From assembly GCA_020724585.1 (NCBI GenBank), contig DYGS01000001.1, forward strand, positions 486,002 through 550,001: DNA of 64,000 nucleotides, read 5' to 3'. The translations under genes were made by a program, and so were the position numbers. The notes under the pieces were generated by a model. It was not told the DNA's origin, ran no database searches, and saw only the letters and a program-made list of their open reading frames with translations. Origin of the DNA: Candidatus Microgenomatus sp. (GTDB lineage: Bacteria > Patescibacteriota > Microgenomatia > UBA8517). Positions 44,024-53,450 of this stretch are shown here, piece after piece (positions within the stretch are counted from its first letter, which is position 1; every line of letters starts with the position of its first letter).

Positions 44024-45257
44024 ATTCTTTAAATGTTAGCAGTTTATTCCGATAGTATTCATATTGCAATCTACGGGCTTCAAGTTCAGCAGGTAAACCA
44101 ACTGAAATATCATTTACTAACGCGTCAAATTTATCCAAAATCGATACGATTCGATTTTGTTCGGATAAGGATGGAACAGGTACCTTAATTTTAGCAAGAT
44201 CCTTTGCAGAAACATCAATAACTTTAGTACCTTTTGCTAATTTTTTCTTTTCATCGAAAAAATATTTTGTTTGAGTGTAATAACTTAGATATTTTGGATT
44301 TTCCTTGTGTTTGAAAATTGAGGCATGTCCACCAGTAACAATCTCTTCATTTCCAAGCCAGGCGACGGTTTTACAAACGTCTTCAATATTCTCACTAGTA
44401 TTGGTTATTATCAAATCATTCTTTTGTACCCTTTGTAGTCTTTTGGCAGTTTCTCGAGATACAAAAGACTTAGTTTTATCGGCATAAGTACCGTAGTGTG
44501 TGTATATTTGACCATAGTGAATACATCCAACTCCATTTTCTGTAAAATCACTTTTAGGCAAGCCATTACCTCTCACAAATACACCAATATCTCCTAGTGC
44601 CTTTTGTTCTACTTTATCATCAAAAGTCATTAATTTATCTTTGTAATATCTATATTGTTTATTCCTTGCTTCTAATTCTGCTTCTAATTCTGCTTCTAAT
44701 TCTGCTTCTAATTCTGTAAAACTATTAAGAATTTTGACAATCTCATTTTGAATTGTAAGTGGTGGAACGGGAATTTTAAATTTTGTAAATTCCTCTTTTG
44801 TAATTGTTTTGATAGTACTACCACGAGCAATTTGCCTTTCAATATTAAATTTACTTTGTAGTTGATATGCAAAATATTTTTTATTTATCTCAATCTTATA
44901 ACTTTCGAAAATTGCCAGTGTACGATCTACATAACAATCATATTGGGTAATTGCAACTCGGCCTATGCTACCCTGCAAAGTCACAAGTACTGTATCCATT
45001 GGTACAAAAACGCTCATTTTTTGTGCTAACTTTGAGATTTTACGTTTTGTATTGTTAACTAACCGCATATCCTTAGCAACATCTGCAACCTGCACAAAAG
45101 GCTTCGCGTCTTCACCGTCGTACCAATTCTTATCACCATATGGTTGAGGAAATGAACCACGTCGATATGCCGCTATTTCACCTAGCTCCATATATTTCAC
45201 ACCATTAGGACATAACTCTAAAATCAGCTGATCAAATTTGCTTTGGTGCTTTGTCAT
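44013..45257 (-). CDS. hsdS: Type I R-M specificity subunit
   Basis: 414 aa. Two target-recognition domains separated by a central coiled-coil containing (ELEA)x4. Overlaps hsdR by 11 bp. Confidence 0.85.
   Translation of the reverse strand: MTKHQSKFDQLILELCPNGVKYMELGEIAAYRRGSFPQPYGDKNWYDGEDAKPFVQVADVAKDMRLVNNTKRKISKLAQKMSVFVPMDTVLVTLQGSIGRVAITQYDCYVDRTLAIFESYKIEINKKYFAYQLQSKFNIERQIARGSTIKTITKEEFTKFKIPVPPLTIQNEIVKILNSFTELEAELEAELEAELEARNKQYRYYKDKLMTFDDKVEQKALGDIGVFVRGNGLPKSDFTENGVGCIHYGQIYTHYGTYADKTKSFVSRETAKRLQRVQKNDLIITNTSENIEDVCKTVAWLGNEEIVTGGHASIFKHKENPKYLSYYTQTKYFFDEKKKLAKGTKVIDVSAKDLAKIKVPVPSLSEQNRIVSILDKFDALVNDISVGLPAELEARRLQYEYYRNKLLTFKEYVE
44668..44715. repeat. Perfect 12-bp x4 tandem repeat (gcttctaattct) inside the hsdS central conserved region
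   Basis: Four identical head-to-tail units, in frame, encoding ELEAELEAELEAELEA. Confidence 0.9.
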
Positions 45258-45272
45258 AAAAAATATTTATAT

Positions 45273-46598
45273 TTACTCTTCTTTATTTACTCCCAATGTA
45301 ACATCAAGATAACTAACATAGTTTTCTAGATTTCGAATCAATTCATCAAAGAGAACTATATCGATATTATTGAATGTAGTTTTTAGTTTTTTTATTTCCT
45401 TCTCTAATCGTGCTGTTAATTCGTCATTGACACTTTCAGACGTAATATGATCCCTAGAAGAAATTATTAAAATACCTCTTGGCCTATATATTTTATCGTT
45501 TTCAATTAGGGATTTTGTATATTTGTTTTCAATCTGAGTTGTATCTATGTTTTCAGTTCGCAGATCCATGTACTTGTTTAATTGAAAAATAGATTTGTTT
45601 AGATCATGAGAAGGATAATATGAATCCCTTCCTTTCTCTTTTCTAAATAAAATCGTCCGATGTGTTTTAATTTCGATAATATCTATGTTGTTGTAAATAT
45701 CTACAGCTAAAAAATCTGGTCTGGTTTCTTTTTCATAACCATCCATTTCCTTAAATACTATCTGAGAATAAAACTCCTTATAGTTCATTAAAAGAATTCT
45801 TAAGTATCGATCAAAATATAATTGCCAACACGATTCTAAACTTTTTCGCTCTTCGCCAAAGACTTTTTTTGAAAATGATTTGAGTTTAGTTTTATTGCCA
45901 GTGAGTGTCAAAAGTTCAGTACCAACTTTAATAATTTCTCTTATGCTTTCCTTATACAAAGGAAGGGTTTCTTTCATAGTAATCTTGTAAGCTCCATCTT
46001 TAATTTGTTCATCCATGAAATTCTTTATAAATGTTCTATCGCCCTTACTTAGAGCAATATATTTACCTTCAAATCCTTTAACCACATATCCAACATTTGC
46101 AAAAATAGCTGATGTATCAACTTGCGCACTGTCCCTCATGTTAAACTTATCTCTAACTATTTTTGATGTTTTCGTCTTAATCATCGTCACTTTGCTTAAA
46201 TGATCAAGGTAGTTATCAAATTTTCTAACATCAATTATTACAACATCATTGACGTCATATTCAGATGGAATATCACGCATAAAACTTAAGTATTTCTTTT
46301 GAATGTCCTGTAGGCTAGCAAACTCTTTAAGTTCTTTTTTAATCGTAAAGTTTTCAAAAGAAAAGTACTTATCTGTTATCTCTAATGAATTTTTATCCAA
46401 AATTACAGCACAAAAAAAATCATCTCTTTGTTTAACTTCGTCGATAGTATTTCTTTCACCGTCTTGATATACACTATCTTTTCTGTGCACGTTATAAAGC
46501 TTAAGAGTTATATAATTTTCATTTTGTGAAATAACAGGGTCTTCTTTACGATTCTGTTTGAAGCTATCAATTTTTATGTTTAGCGCATTTATATCCAT
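45273..46598 (-). CDS. PD-(D/E)xK nuclease-fold protein inserted between hsdM and hsdS (Shedu/DUF4263-like?)
   Basis: 441 aa. The C-terminal region ...RPDFLAVDIYNNIDIIEIKTH... fits the PD-x(n)-ExK restriction-endonuclease-fold motif. The N-terminal region is unrecognised. Confidence 0.4.
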   Translation of the reverse strand: MDINALNIKIDSFKQNRKEDPVISQNENYITLKLYNVHRKDSVYQDGERNTIDEVKQRDDFFCAVILDKNSLEITDKYFSFENFTIKKELKEFASLQDIQKKYLSFMRDIPSEYDVNDVVIIDVRKFDNYLDHLSKVTMIKTKTSKIVRDKFNMRDSAQVDTSAIFANVGYVVKGFEGKYIALSKGDRTFIKNFMDEQIKDGAYKITMKETLPLYKESIREIIKVGTELLTLTGNKTKLKSFSKKVFGEERKSLESCWQLYFDRYLRILLMNYKEFYSQIVFKEMDGYEKETRPDFLAVDIYNNIDIIEIKTHRTILFRKEKGRDSYYPSHDLNKSIFQLNKYMDLRTENIDTTQIENKYTKSLIENDKIYRPRGILIISSRDHITSESVNDELTARLEKEIKKLKTTFNNIDIVLFDELIRNLENYVSYLDVTLGVNKEE

Positions 46599-46601
46599 AC
46601 A

Positions 46602-48155
46602 TCAACCTTCTATATCTTCGACGATTTTGTCAATTTCAATTCTTAATTCATTTTGTCTTGACACAATTTTTGCAATTTTGGCATTTAATTCTGCTATATT
46701 TACTACTTCTCTTTTGTTTTCTGCTACTACATAACCTGATACCCCAATATTGTAATCATTTTCTGCAACTGCCTTGTTATCGACAAGTTTTGAAAAATAT
46801 TCGATATCTGTACGATCTGTAAATGCTTTTAAGATTTTTAATCTATTTGTTTCACTTAATTTGTTTTTGTTTCCATTTCGCACAAATTCTGAAGATGCAT
46901 CAATGAAAAGTGTTTTGTTATCACTTTTACTTTTCTTTAAGACAATAATACAAGTTGCAATTGTTGTTCCAAAGAATAAATCTGGTGGTAACTGAATTAC
47001 AGTATCAATGTAATTATTATCGATTAAATATTTTCTAATTTTTTGTTCAGCTCCACTACGATATAGAACTCCTGGAAATTCAACAATTGCAGCCGTTCCA
47101 CTTGTTGAAAGCCAAGATAGCATATGCATAGTAAAGGCAAGGTCAGCCTTACTCTTTGGAGCCAATACTCCTGCAGGAGAAAAACGAGGATCGTTTATCA
47201 AAAGTGGATTAGAATCACCTTCCCATTTAATTGAATATGGAGGATTTGAAACTATTGCATCAAACGGCTCATCATCCCAATGTTTCGGATCCGTTAGTGT
47301 ATCACCAAGTGCAACATTGAAATTATTATAATTAACATCATGTAAAAACATATTAATACGACAAAGGTTATAAGTAGTAATATTAATTTCTTGACCAAAA
47401 AACCCTTGACGAACATTTTCTTTCCCTAGAACCTTAGCAAATTTAAGAAGTAAAGATCCAGAACCACAAGCAGGGTCATAAACTTTATTTACTTCTTTTT
47501 TACCAACTGTTGTAATTTCTGCTAGCAGTTCGCTAACCTCTTGTGGTGTATAGAATTCTCCTCCAGATTTACCAGCGTTAGAAGCATACATGGTCATCAA
47601 AAACTCATAGGCATCACCGAACGCGTCAATTGTATTGTCAGAATAATTACCTAATTTAAGATTTCCTATTGCTTCAACTATTTTTGTAAGTTTTTGATTA
47701 CGTTGTTCGACTGTATTTCCAAGTTTGTTTGAATTGACATCAAGATCTGCGAACAAACCCTTCAAATCATCTTCACTATCTGTGCCTTTTGCTGAATTTT
47801 CAATTTTCTTGAATACTAACGATAGAGTTTCGTTTAGATTATTATCTGCACGAGCTTTTTTGCAAACATTTACAAAAAGTTCACTTGGTAATATATAAAA
47901 CCCTTTTTCCTTTATAGTATCTACTCGTCCAAATTCTGCTTCTTTATCTGAAAGGTTTGTATAATCAAAATCTTTATTACCTCCTCTATGTTCATCAGCA
48001 TTTATATAATTAACTAAGTTTTCACTAATAAAACGATAGAATAGCATTCCTAATACATATTGTTTGAAGTCCCAGCCATCAACACTACCGCGCAAATCGT
48101 TAGCAATTTGCCATATTGTACGATGTAATTCTGCACGTTCTTGTTCTTTATTCAT
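46602..48155 (-). CDS. hsdM: Type I R-M N6-adenine DNA methyltransferase subunit
   Basis: 517 aa. HsdM N-domain. SAM motif (DPACGSGSLL). Catalytic NPPY (VSNPPYS). Confidence 0.9.
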   Translation of the reverse strand: MNKEQERAELHRTIWQIANDLRGSVDGWDFKQYVLGMLFYRFISENLVNYINADEHRGGNKDFDYTNLSDKEAEFGRVDTIKEKGFYILPSELFVNVCKKARADNNLNETLSLVFKKIENSAKGTDSEDDLKGLFADLDVNSNKLGNTVEQRNQKLTKIVEAIGNLKLGNYSDNTIDAFGDAYEFLMTMYASNAGKSGGEFYTPQEVSELLAEITTVGKKEVNKVYDPACGSGSLLLKFAKVLGKENVRQGFFGQEINITTYNLCRINMFLHDVNYNNFNVALGDTLTDPKHWDDEPFDAIVSNPPYSIKWEGDSNPLLINDPRFSPAGVLAPKSKADLAFTMHMLSWLSTSGTAAIVEFPGVLYRSGAEQKIRKYLIDNNYIDTVIQLPPDLFFGTTIATCIIVLKKSKSDNKTLFIDASSEFVRNGNKNKLSETNRLKILKAFTDRTDIEYFSKLVDNKAVAENDYNIGVSGYVVAENKREVVNIAELNAKIAKIVSRQNELRIEIDKIVEDIEG

Positions 48156-48213
48156 AATATGTGCTTAATTTGCCTTGTTTTTATTTTACTACTTTTTAAT
48201 ATAAAATGACTAT

Positions 48214-48606
48214 GTGATTAAAAAAGATATCATTTCAAAATATCTACCTTTGCTTGTCTTTATATTTGGTTTCTCAATAATAGCCTTTTTGATTATTTCT
48301 CTTTCCGTAAACGAAAACCCGTCCGCAAAATATGATTTTGGCGACTATACTAGGAATGAGGTTTCTGATATAAACAAGGATATTAAAATAAGAGTATATG
48401 AATTATGCTCAGATGCTCCTAAATCTGATGAATGTAAATTTGCAATCAAACAGTGTTACGAAAATCAAAGTTGTCAAAATATGGTGTCCACATATCAACT
48501 TGCAAGAAATAAAACACCTGAGTTAGATAATTCAGCATTTATAAACGCATCGAAGGAATACATAAACATGTCACGTGCGAAACTAGGATTGCCAATATTA
48601 AAATAA
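48214..48606 (+). CDS. Small Cys-containing hypothetical protein with N-terminal TM/signal
   Basis: 130 aa. Hydrophobic N-terminus. Six Cys residues. Confidence 0.3.
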   Translation: MIKKDIISKYLPLLVFIFGFSIIAFLIISLSVNENPSAKYDFGDYTRNEVSDINKDIKIRVYELCSDAPKSDECKFAIKQCYENQSCQNMVSTYQLARNKTPELDNSAFINASKEYINMSRAKLGLPILK

Positions 48607-48617
48607 TAATTAGGAAT

Positions 48618-48965
48618 TTAAATTTTCTTCCTTAAAATAACATGTTTAAACCATTTTTCTTGAAATTCTGTTAGTTTTTCAATTTCTGAATCTGAAAAGT
48701 CTTGGCCATCTTGCGTAACAATTAATTTGTCATCGTCATCATCTGTTCTTCTGATTACTGCAACGCAAATTCCTTTAGTTTCTGTAATTGGTTTATCTAC
48801 TCCTAAAATATATGCATCTAGTTCTTCTCCATCTGCAGATTTTGTGTTTGGAATATAGCCATAGTTAACTTCATATGTAAAACCATGTTTTGGATGTTTC
48901 GATCCTAATGGTCTGTCAACTACTACATTTACTTTTTGGCCAATGAAAGTTAATGAGTTTACCAT
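48618..48965 (-). CDS. Mini inorganic-pyrophosphatase-like protein
   Basis: 115 aa. The segment ...VNYGYIPNTKSADGEELDAYILGV... parallels the ppa motif [21 protein letters not shown] found at 17724..18260. Confidence 0.4.
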   Translation of the reverse strand: MVNSLTFIGQKVNVVVDRPLGSKHPKHGFTYEVNYGYIPNTKSADGEELDAYILGVDKPITETKGICVAVIRRTDDDDDKLIVTQDGQDFSDSEIEKLTEFQEKWFKHVILRKKI

Positions 48966-49444
48966 AATTTTGTATTATATTCCTTTAGAACTCCTTCTGT
49001 AATTTCTACTTGGTTTGGAAATCTTAAATAATCTTTGAATTCATTTCTTTTAATCCATTTAATTTTTCTAATTTCAGAAGGATCTGGCTTTATATCTGAC
49101 TTCTTGCCTACAAATTTAACTATATATTGTCTTTGGGATTGACCAAGATATAACTGATGTTTTTTAAAAATTCTTTGGATAATTACTTTTAGTGGCCAGT
49201 TGTATGTAACTAAATTTTTACTTTTGAAAACAATTTCAAATTTGTTTGTTCCTAATTCTTCATGAAGTTCTCTTAATAATCCTTGTTCTTCTGTCTCACC
49301 TTTTTCAATTCCACCACCTGAAAAATTCCAATCATTTTCTCCATAGCTTACTAATTGATCAATCAAAAATTCATCTTTGTCATTAAATATAATTGCAATC
49401 GACTTTTTCCTATACAGATGTTCTATCATCCAGTTTTTAATCAT
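48959..49444 (-). CDS. NUDIX hydrolase
   Basis: Nudix box GGGIEKGETEEQGLLRELHEELG. Confidence 0.8.
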   Translation of the reverse strand: MIKNWMIEHLYRKKSIAIIFNDKDEFLIDQLVSYGENDWNFSGGGIEKGETEEQGLLRELHEELGTNKFEIVFKSKNLVTYNWPLKVIIQRIFKKHQLYLGQSQRQYIVKFVGKKSDIKPDPSEIRKIKWIKRNEFKDYLRFPNQVEITEGVLKEYNTKLW

Positions 49445-49473
49445 TTGTTAAAAGTATTATATAATCAAACTAA

Positions 49474-50469
49474 ATGAATCAAAATAAACAAAAGGATGAA
49501 AACTATCAATCTTTTCTTGAAAATCTGCATGGTAAATTAAATGCTTCTGATAATGTTCTTGAAGCTATTGTCAAAAGTTCTGTTGGATTTAGAGTTAAGG
49601 AAAAAAGAAAAGTTGTAGAGGGCGAAGTAAATGAAGTATATGATATTACACCCACACATGGTGAGAATATAATAGTTAGGATTTCAAGAGAGAAACACAA
49701 TCGTTTTGAAGCCGAAAAATGGGCATTGGATAAATGCAGGGATACTGGAGTCCAAGTTCCCGAGATACATTTGATAAGTGAGGTAGAAACAGATAAAGAA
49801 AAACTACATGTTTGTGTAGAATCTAAAATTGAGGGTGTTTCATTACAAACACTTATTAAACAAAATGCATTAAGTCAAAATGAGATTAAAGAAATAACAA
49901 TTAGTGCTGGTGAAATTCTTTCAAAAATTCATAGTATCAAAACAACAGGTTTTGGTGAAATAAACACCTTTGGTGTTGGTGAGTTTGAAACTTGGTCAGA
50001 ATACATGCTCAATCAGGACAAAAAAAGAGATCAGATCTTAGAAGAAGCAAGGAAAATAGGAGTTGATACCAAACTAGTTCAACAAGCCTTTGCTATACTT
50101 GATAAAAATAAAGATATTTATGAACATACAGATTCAAGACTAGCCCATTCGGACTATGGCATAAAACACATGCTTATTCATAAAGATAAAATAAATGGAA
50201 TAATAGATTTTGAAAATTGTAGAGGAGCAGATATTGCATACGACTTCTCTTGGTGGAACTACTTCGGACAAAACAGACCTCCAGTTGAATGGCTTATTGA
50301 AGGATACAAAAAGGATGGAAACTTAGGAGAAAACTTTGAAACAAGAATGCATTTAGTAAAAATAAGGATTGCTCTTGATCTTTTAATGTATTATGGAGAT
50401 ACAGGTCATAGTTTTGCAAAAGATATCACTGTCAGAAATTTAACTGAAGATATTACTTTCTTTAAATAG
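49474..50469 (+). CDS. Aminoglycoside-phosphotransferase (APH)/choline-kinase-family small-molecule kinase
   Basis: 331 aa. Brenner-type catalytic loop HSDYGIKHMLI and IDFENC (DFG-like) of the APH family. Confidence 0.6.
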   Translation: MNQNKQKDENYQSFLENLHGKLNASDNVLEAIVKSSVGFRVKEKRKVVEGEVNEVYDITPTHGENIIVRISREKHNRFEAEKWALDKCRDTGVQVPEIHLISEVETDKEKLHVCVESKIEGVSLQTLIKQNALSQNEIKEITISAGEILSKIHSIKTTGFGEINTFGVGEFETWSEYMLNQDKKRDQILEEARKIGVDTKLVQQAFAILDKNKDIYEHTDSRLAHSDYGIKHMLIHKDKINGIIDFENCRGADIAYDFSWWNYFGQNRPPVEWLIEGYKKDGNLGENFETRMHLVKIRIALDLLMYYGDTGHSFAKDITVRNLTEDITFFK

Positions 50470-50527
50470 GTACCAATCAAAACTTTTTTTCCTGATCAAC
50501 TTAGATAATTTATATTATAATTCCTAC

Positions 50528-51892
50528 ATGGCTAAAAAAATATCGTATGGTATAGATTTTGGTACCACCAACTCAACAATTGCTTATATCAATGAGAGGG
50601 ACGAACCTGTTAAGTTAAAAATTGACCCAAATGCTGATAATCCCTGCGTTATGCGTTCCGTGATCTATGTTAATCAAAAATTAGACATGTTGTTTGGCAA
50701 ACCTGCTGTTGACGCATACATAACAGATGTCGCTCTAAACAAAGAAAGCAAAAAAAGGATAATTGAAACAGGAAGAATGATAAAAGTCGCCCAACCTGCA
50801 AATGCAGGCGGATTTGTACCAGACAAAATTGTACCTGAAATTATTGAAGTTGAAGAGTCTGATGGAGGAAGGCTCTTGCAAGCACTTAAAAGTAATCTAT
50901 CAAGTCAAATTGTTTCTAATATTAATTTGTTTGGAAGCAACAAACCTATTGAATGGGTGGTGGGACAATTTTTAAAAGAAATGAAGCAAAGAGCTGACGA
51001 AATTATCGGAGAATCTATAAATAAAGTAGTTATAGGTAGACCTGTTGAATACGTTGGCGGTAACAATCAATTAGCCATCGACAGAATGAGATCTGCAGCA
51101 AAAATTGCCGGCTTTAAGGAGATAGAATTTGAATATGAGCCCATAGCAGCTGCATATGATTATGGAATTGATATTAAGAATAAACAAATATCACTAATAT
51201 ACGACTTCGGCGGAGGCACATTAGATATTTCAATCGTAAGATTCCCAGAAAAGGAAGTTTTAGCAAACGTAGGATTGCCAATTGGAGGTGATCATTTTAA
51301 TACAAAAATTTTTACTTCTGAACTTTCACAATATTTTGGGAAGGGTTCAAAATATGGACTAAGACAATTAAGTTTACCTGAAAGCATATTTGCTTCAATG
51401 AAAAACTGGTATTTAATATCATTATTAAAAACAGAAAGTTTTGCCAACAGTATCGAACATTTTAAATTTATGAATACCAACCCCAAAGCACTTTTAGCTC
51501 TAAAATCTTTAGTGTTTAATAACCTAGGATTTGGTATATATGAAGAAATTGAAAAAGTTAAAAAAAATCTCTCTTCAAAGGAATTTGAAAAATATAATTT
51601 TATAGCTAAAGATATTGAAATTAACACTACGATTACTAAAAATGTATTTGAGAAGATAATCCAAGATGATTTAGTTAATATAGACAAAACAATTAATAAA
51701 GCACTTAAAGCAGCAAATATAAAAAGTGAGGAAATAGACGCTGTAGCAACAACAGGAGGATCTTCTTTGATTCCCGCAATCTATAAACAGCTTCAAAATA
51801 AATTTGGAGCCAAAAAGATTAAAGAAAGTGATGCCTTTACGTCAGTTGCCGCAGGACTAGCCCACAGAGCTAAGGAAATTTTTAGTCGTTAG
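50528..51892 (+). CDS. Hsp70-family (actin-like ATPase) protein, NBD-only (YegD-like)
   Basis: GIDFGTTNS (phosphate-1), DFGGGTLD (phosphate-2) and TTGGSSLIPAI (adenosine) motifs. 454 aa, so no substrate-binding domain. Confidence 0.65.
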   Translation: MAKKISYGIDFGTTNSTIAYINERDEPVKLKIDPNADNPCVMRSVIYVNQKLDMLFGKPAVDAYITDVALNKESKKRIIETGRMIKVAQPANAGGFVPDKIVPEIIEVEESDGGRLLQALKSNLSSQIVSNINLFGSNKPIEWVVGQFLKEMKQRADEIIGESINKVVIGRPVEYVGGNNQLAIDRMRSAAKIAGFKEIEFEYEPIAAAYDYGIDIKNKQISLIYDFGGGTLDISIVRFPEKEVLANVGLPIGGDHFNTKIFTSELSQYFGKGSKYGLRQLSLPESIFASMKNWYLISLLKTESFANSIEHFKFMNTNPKALLALKSLVFNNLGFGIYEEIEKVKKNLSSKEFEKYNFIAKDIEINTTITKNVFEKIIQDDLVNIDKTINKALKAANIKSEEIDAVATTGGSSLIPAIYKQLQNKFGAKKIKESDAFTSVAAGLAHRAKEIFSR

Positions 51893-51906
51893 GATTATAA
51901 TCAATC

Positions 51907-52674
51907 ATGGCTAATAATTTCTGGGAATATTACGATCTCTTCGATAAAAATCAATATATAGATACTAAGCGTACAGATAATGAAATCAATTTCATCAAAA
52001 AGTATCTACCTTTAAATAAATACAAAAAAATAATTGATGTTGCCTGTGGTACAGGTAGAATAGCAATACCCCTTTCAAAAAGTGGTTATACTTTATTAGG
52101 TATAGACAATAATAAAGATTTTATAAATCAAGCAAAAAAGGAGGCTTTAAATAACTTCACTAATATAAATTTTATTAATTCAGACTATAGAGATTTACCA
52201 GATATCTTAGAATTTGACGCCGCAATTTTTATATATTCCTCGTTTGGTTATTTTAGCGACAGAGAAAACATAAAATTACTTAGAAGTATAAACACGAGAC
52301 TCCGAGACAATGGTCTAATTATTTTAGATAATTTAAATTATTATTGGGCCAAGAATAAACCAGAGGGTTTTTGGAAGGATTTAACTACAAGATTTGAGGA
52401 TAATTTTTTGAAGTTGCACAATTTTTCTCAAATTAAAAGGTTAAGGCTAATAACTGAGGATGACAAATATGAAAAGACTACATATAAAGTTAGATACAAT
52501 AGTGGTAAAATACAAACAGCTAGTTTTAAACAAAGACTTTTTAATAAACAGGATATGGACAATTTCCTTAAAAAGTCAGGTTTTAAAACATTAAATATTT
52601 TCGGCGACTTTGAAATGTCAACTTATACCAAAAAAAGTCCGAGAATAATTGTTATTGCTAAAAAAATAAAATAA
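51907..52674 (+). CDS. Class I SAM-dependent methyltransferase
   Basis: Motif I IIDVACGTGRIAIPL. 255 aa. Confidence 0.75.
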   Translation: MANNFWEYYDLFDKNQYIDTKRTDNEINFIKKYLPLNKYKKIIDVACGTGRIAIPLSKSGYTLLGIDNNKDFINQAKKEALNNFTNINFINSDYRDLPDILEFDAAIFIYSSFGYFSDRENIKLLRSINTRLRDNGLIILDNLNYYWAKNKPEGFWKDLTTRFEDNFLKLHNFSQIKRLRLITEDDKYEKTTYKVRYNSGKIQTASFKQRLFNKQDMDNFLKKSGFKTLNIFGDFEMSTYTKKSPRIIVIAKKIK

Positions 52675-52676
52675 GT

Positions 52677-53450
52677 ATGAAAAAAATAACAGATGTTCAA
52701 GGCCAAGTAGATTTACGTGACCTTGATATCAAAAAGGTCGGTATAACAGGATATGCATATAGAGGTATGTTGTTGCTCGGAAAAGAAATTGTTCCTGCAC
52801 AAGGAACAGCTAATTGTTTCGCCTACCTAGACAAAAGTAAAAAAGGAACACATATGTCACGCATGTCAAGGAATTTGAATCAACTAATTGACAAAACAAT
52901 TTCGCTTGATAATTTTGAACCTGTCTTACAAAAAATATATTCGGATTTAGAAACCCCTCAAATATATGTAGAAATAACAGCCAATTCAATTAGAACAAAA
53001 GAATCACCTGTATCTAAAAATGTTGGATTTGAGGAATTTAAAATTAACCTAGATCTAAAAATAGACAATGGTGACTTCTACGGAACATGTACGCTAGCAT
53101 TTACAGGTACATCTTTGTGCCCCGCATCAAAAACAAATAGCAAGCATGGTGCCCACAATCAAAGGTCAGTAGTTAAAGTCAAGTTTCCATTTGAAGAAAT
53201 CAATAAATTAGGCGACTATTTACACACAGCGGAAGAACAATTAAGCGCAATCGTGTACCCAGTAATTAAGTTAGACGACGAGGCCTATATTACAGAGAAG
53301 GCTTATGAAAATGCTAAATTTGTTGAAGATATTGTACGCGATGTTGTCAGAGGTCTCCAAAAGAACGATTTAAAATTTACATTAGTTTCATGCGAAAACC
53401 TCGAGTCAATACATACGCACAATGCATATGCTGAAATTGTTATTAAATAA
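52677..53450 (+). CDS. GTP cyclohydrolase FolE2/MptA family (DUF198)-like
   Basis: 257 aa. Contains ITDVQGQVDLRDLDIKKVGI..., GTHMSRMS and LCPASK, which parallel the FolE2 conserved DVQ, HMSR and Cys motifs. Confidence 0.55.
   Translation: MKKITDVQGQVDLRDLDIKKVGITGYAYRGMLLLGKEIVPAQGTANCFAYLDKSKKGTHMSRMSRNLNQLIDKTISLDNFEPVLQKIYSDLETPQIYVEITANSIRTKESPVSKNVGFEEFKINLDLKIDNGDFYGTCTLAFTGTSLCPASKTNSKHGAHNQRSVVKVKFPFEEINKLGDYLHTAEEQLSAIVYPVIKLDDEAYITEKAYENAKFVEDIVRDVVRGLQKNDLKFTLVSCENLESIHTHNAYAEIVIK

Noticed and set aside
44668-44715. Possible CRISPR-like short repeats
   Set aside because: The repeats are 12 bp, directly tandem with no spacers, and in frame within hsdS. This is a coding tandem repeat, not a CRISPR array. 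No CRISPR array or cas genes were seen in the window.
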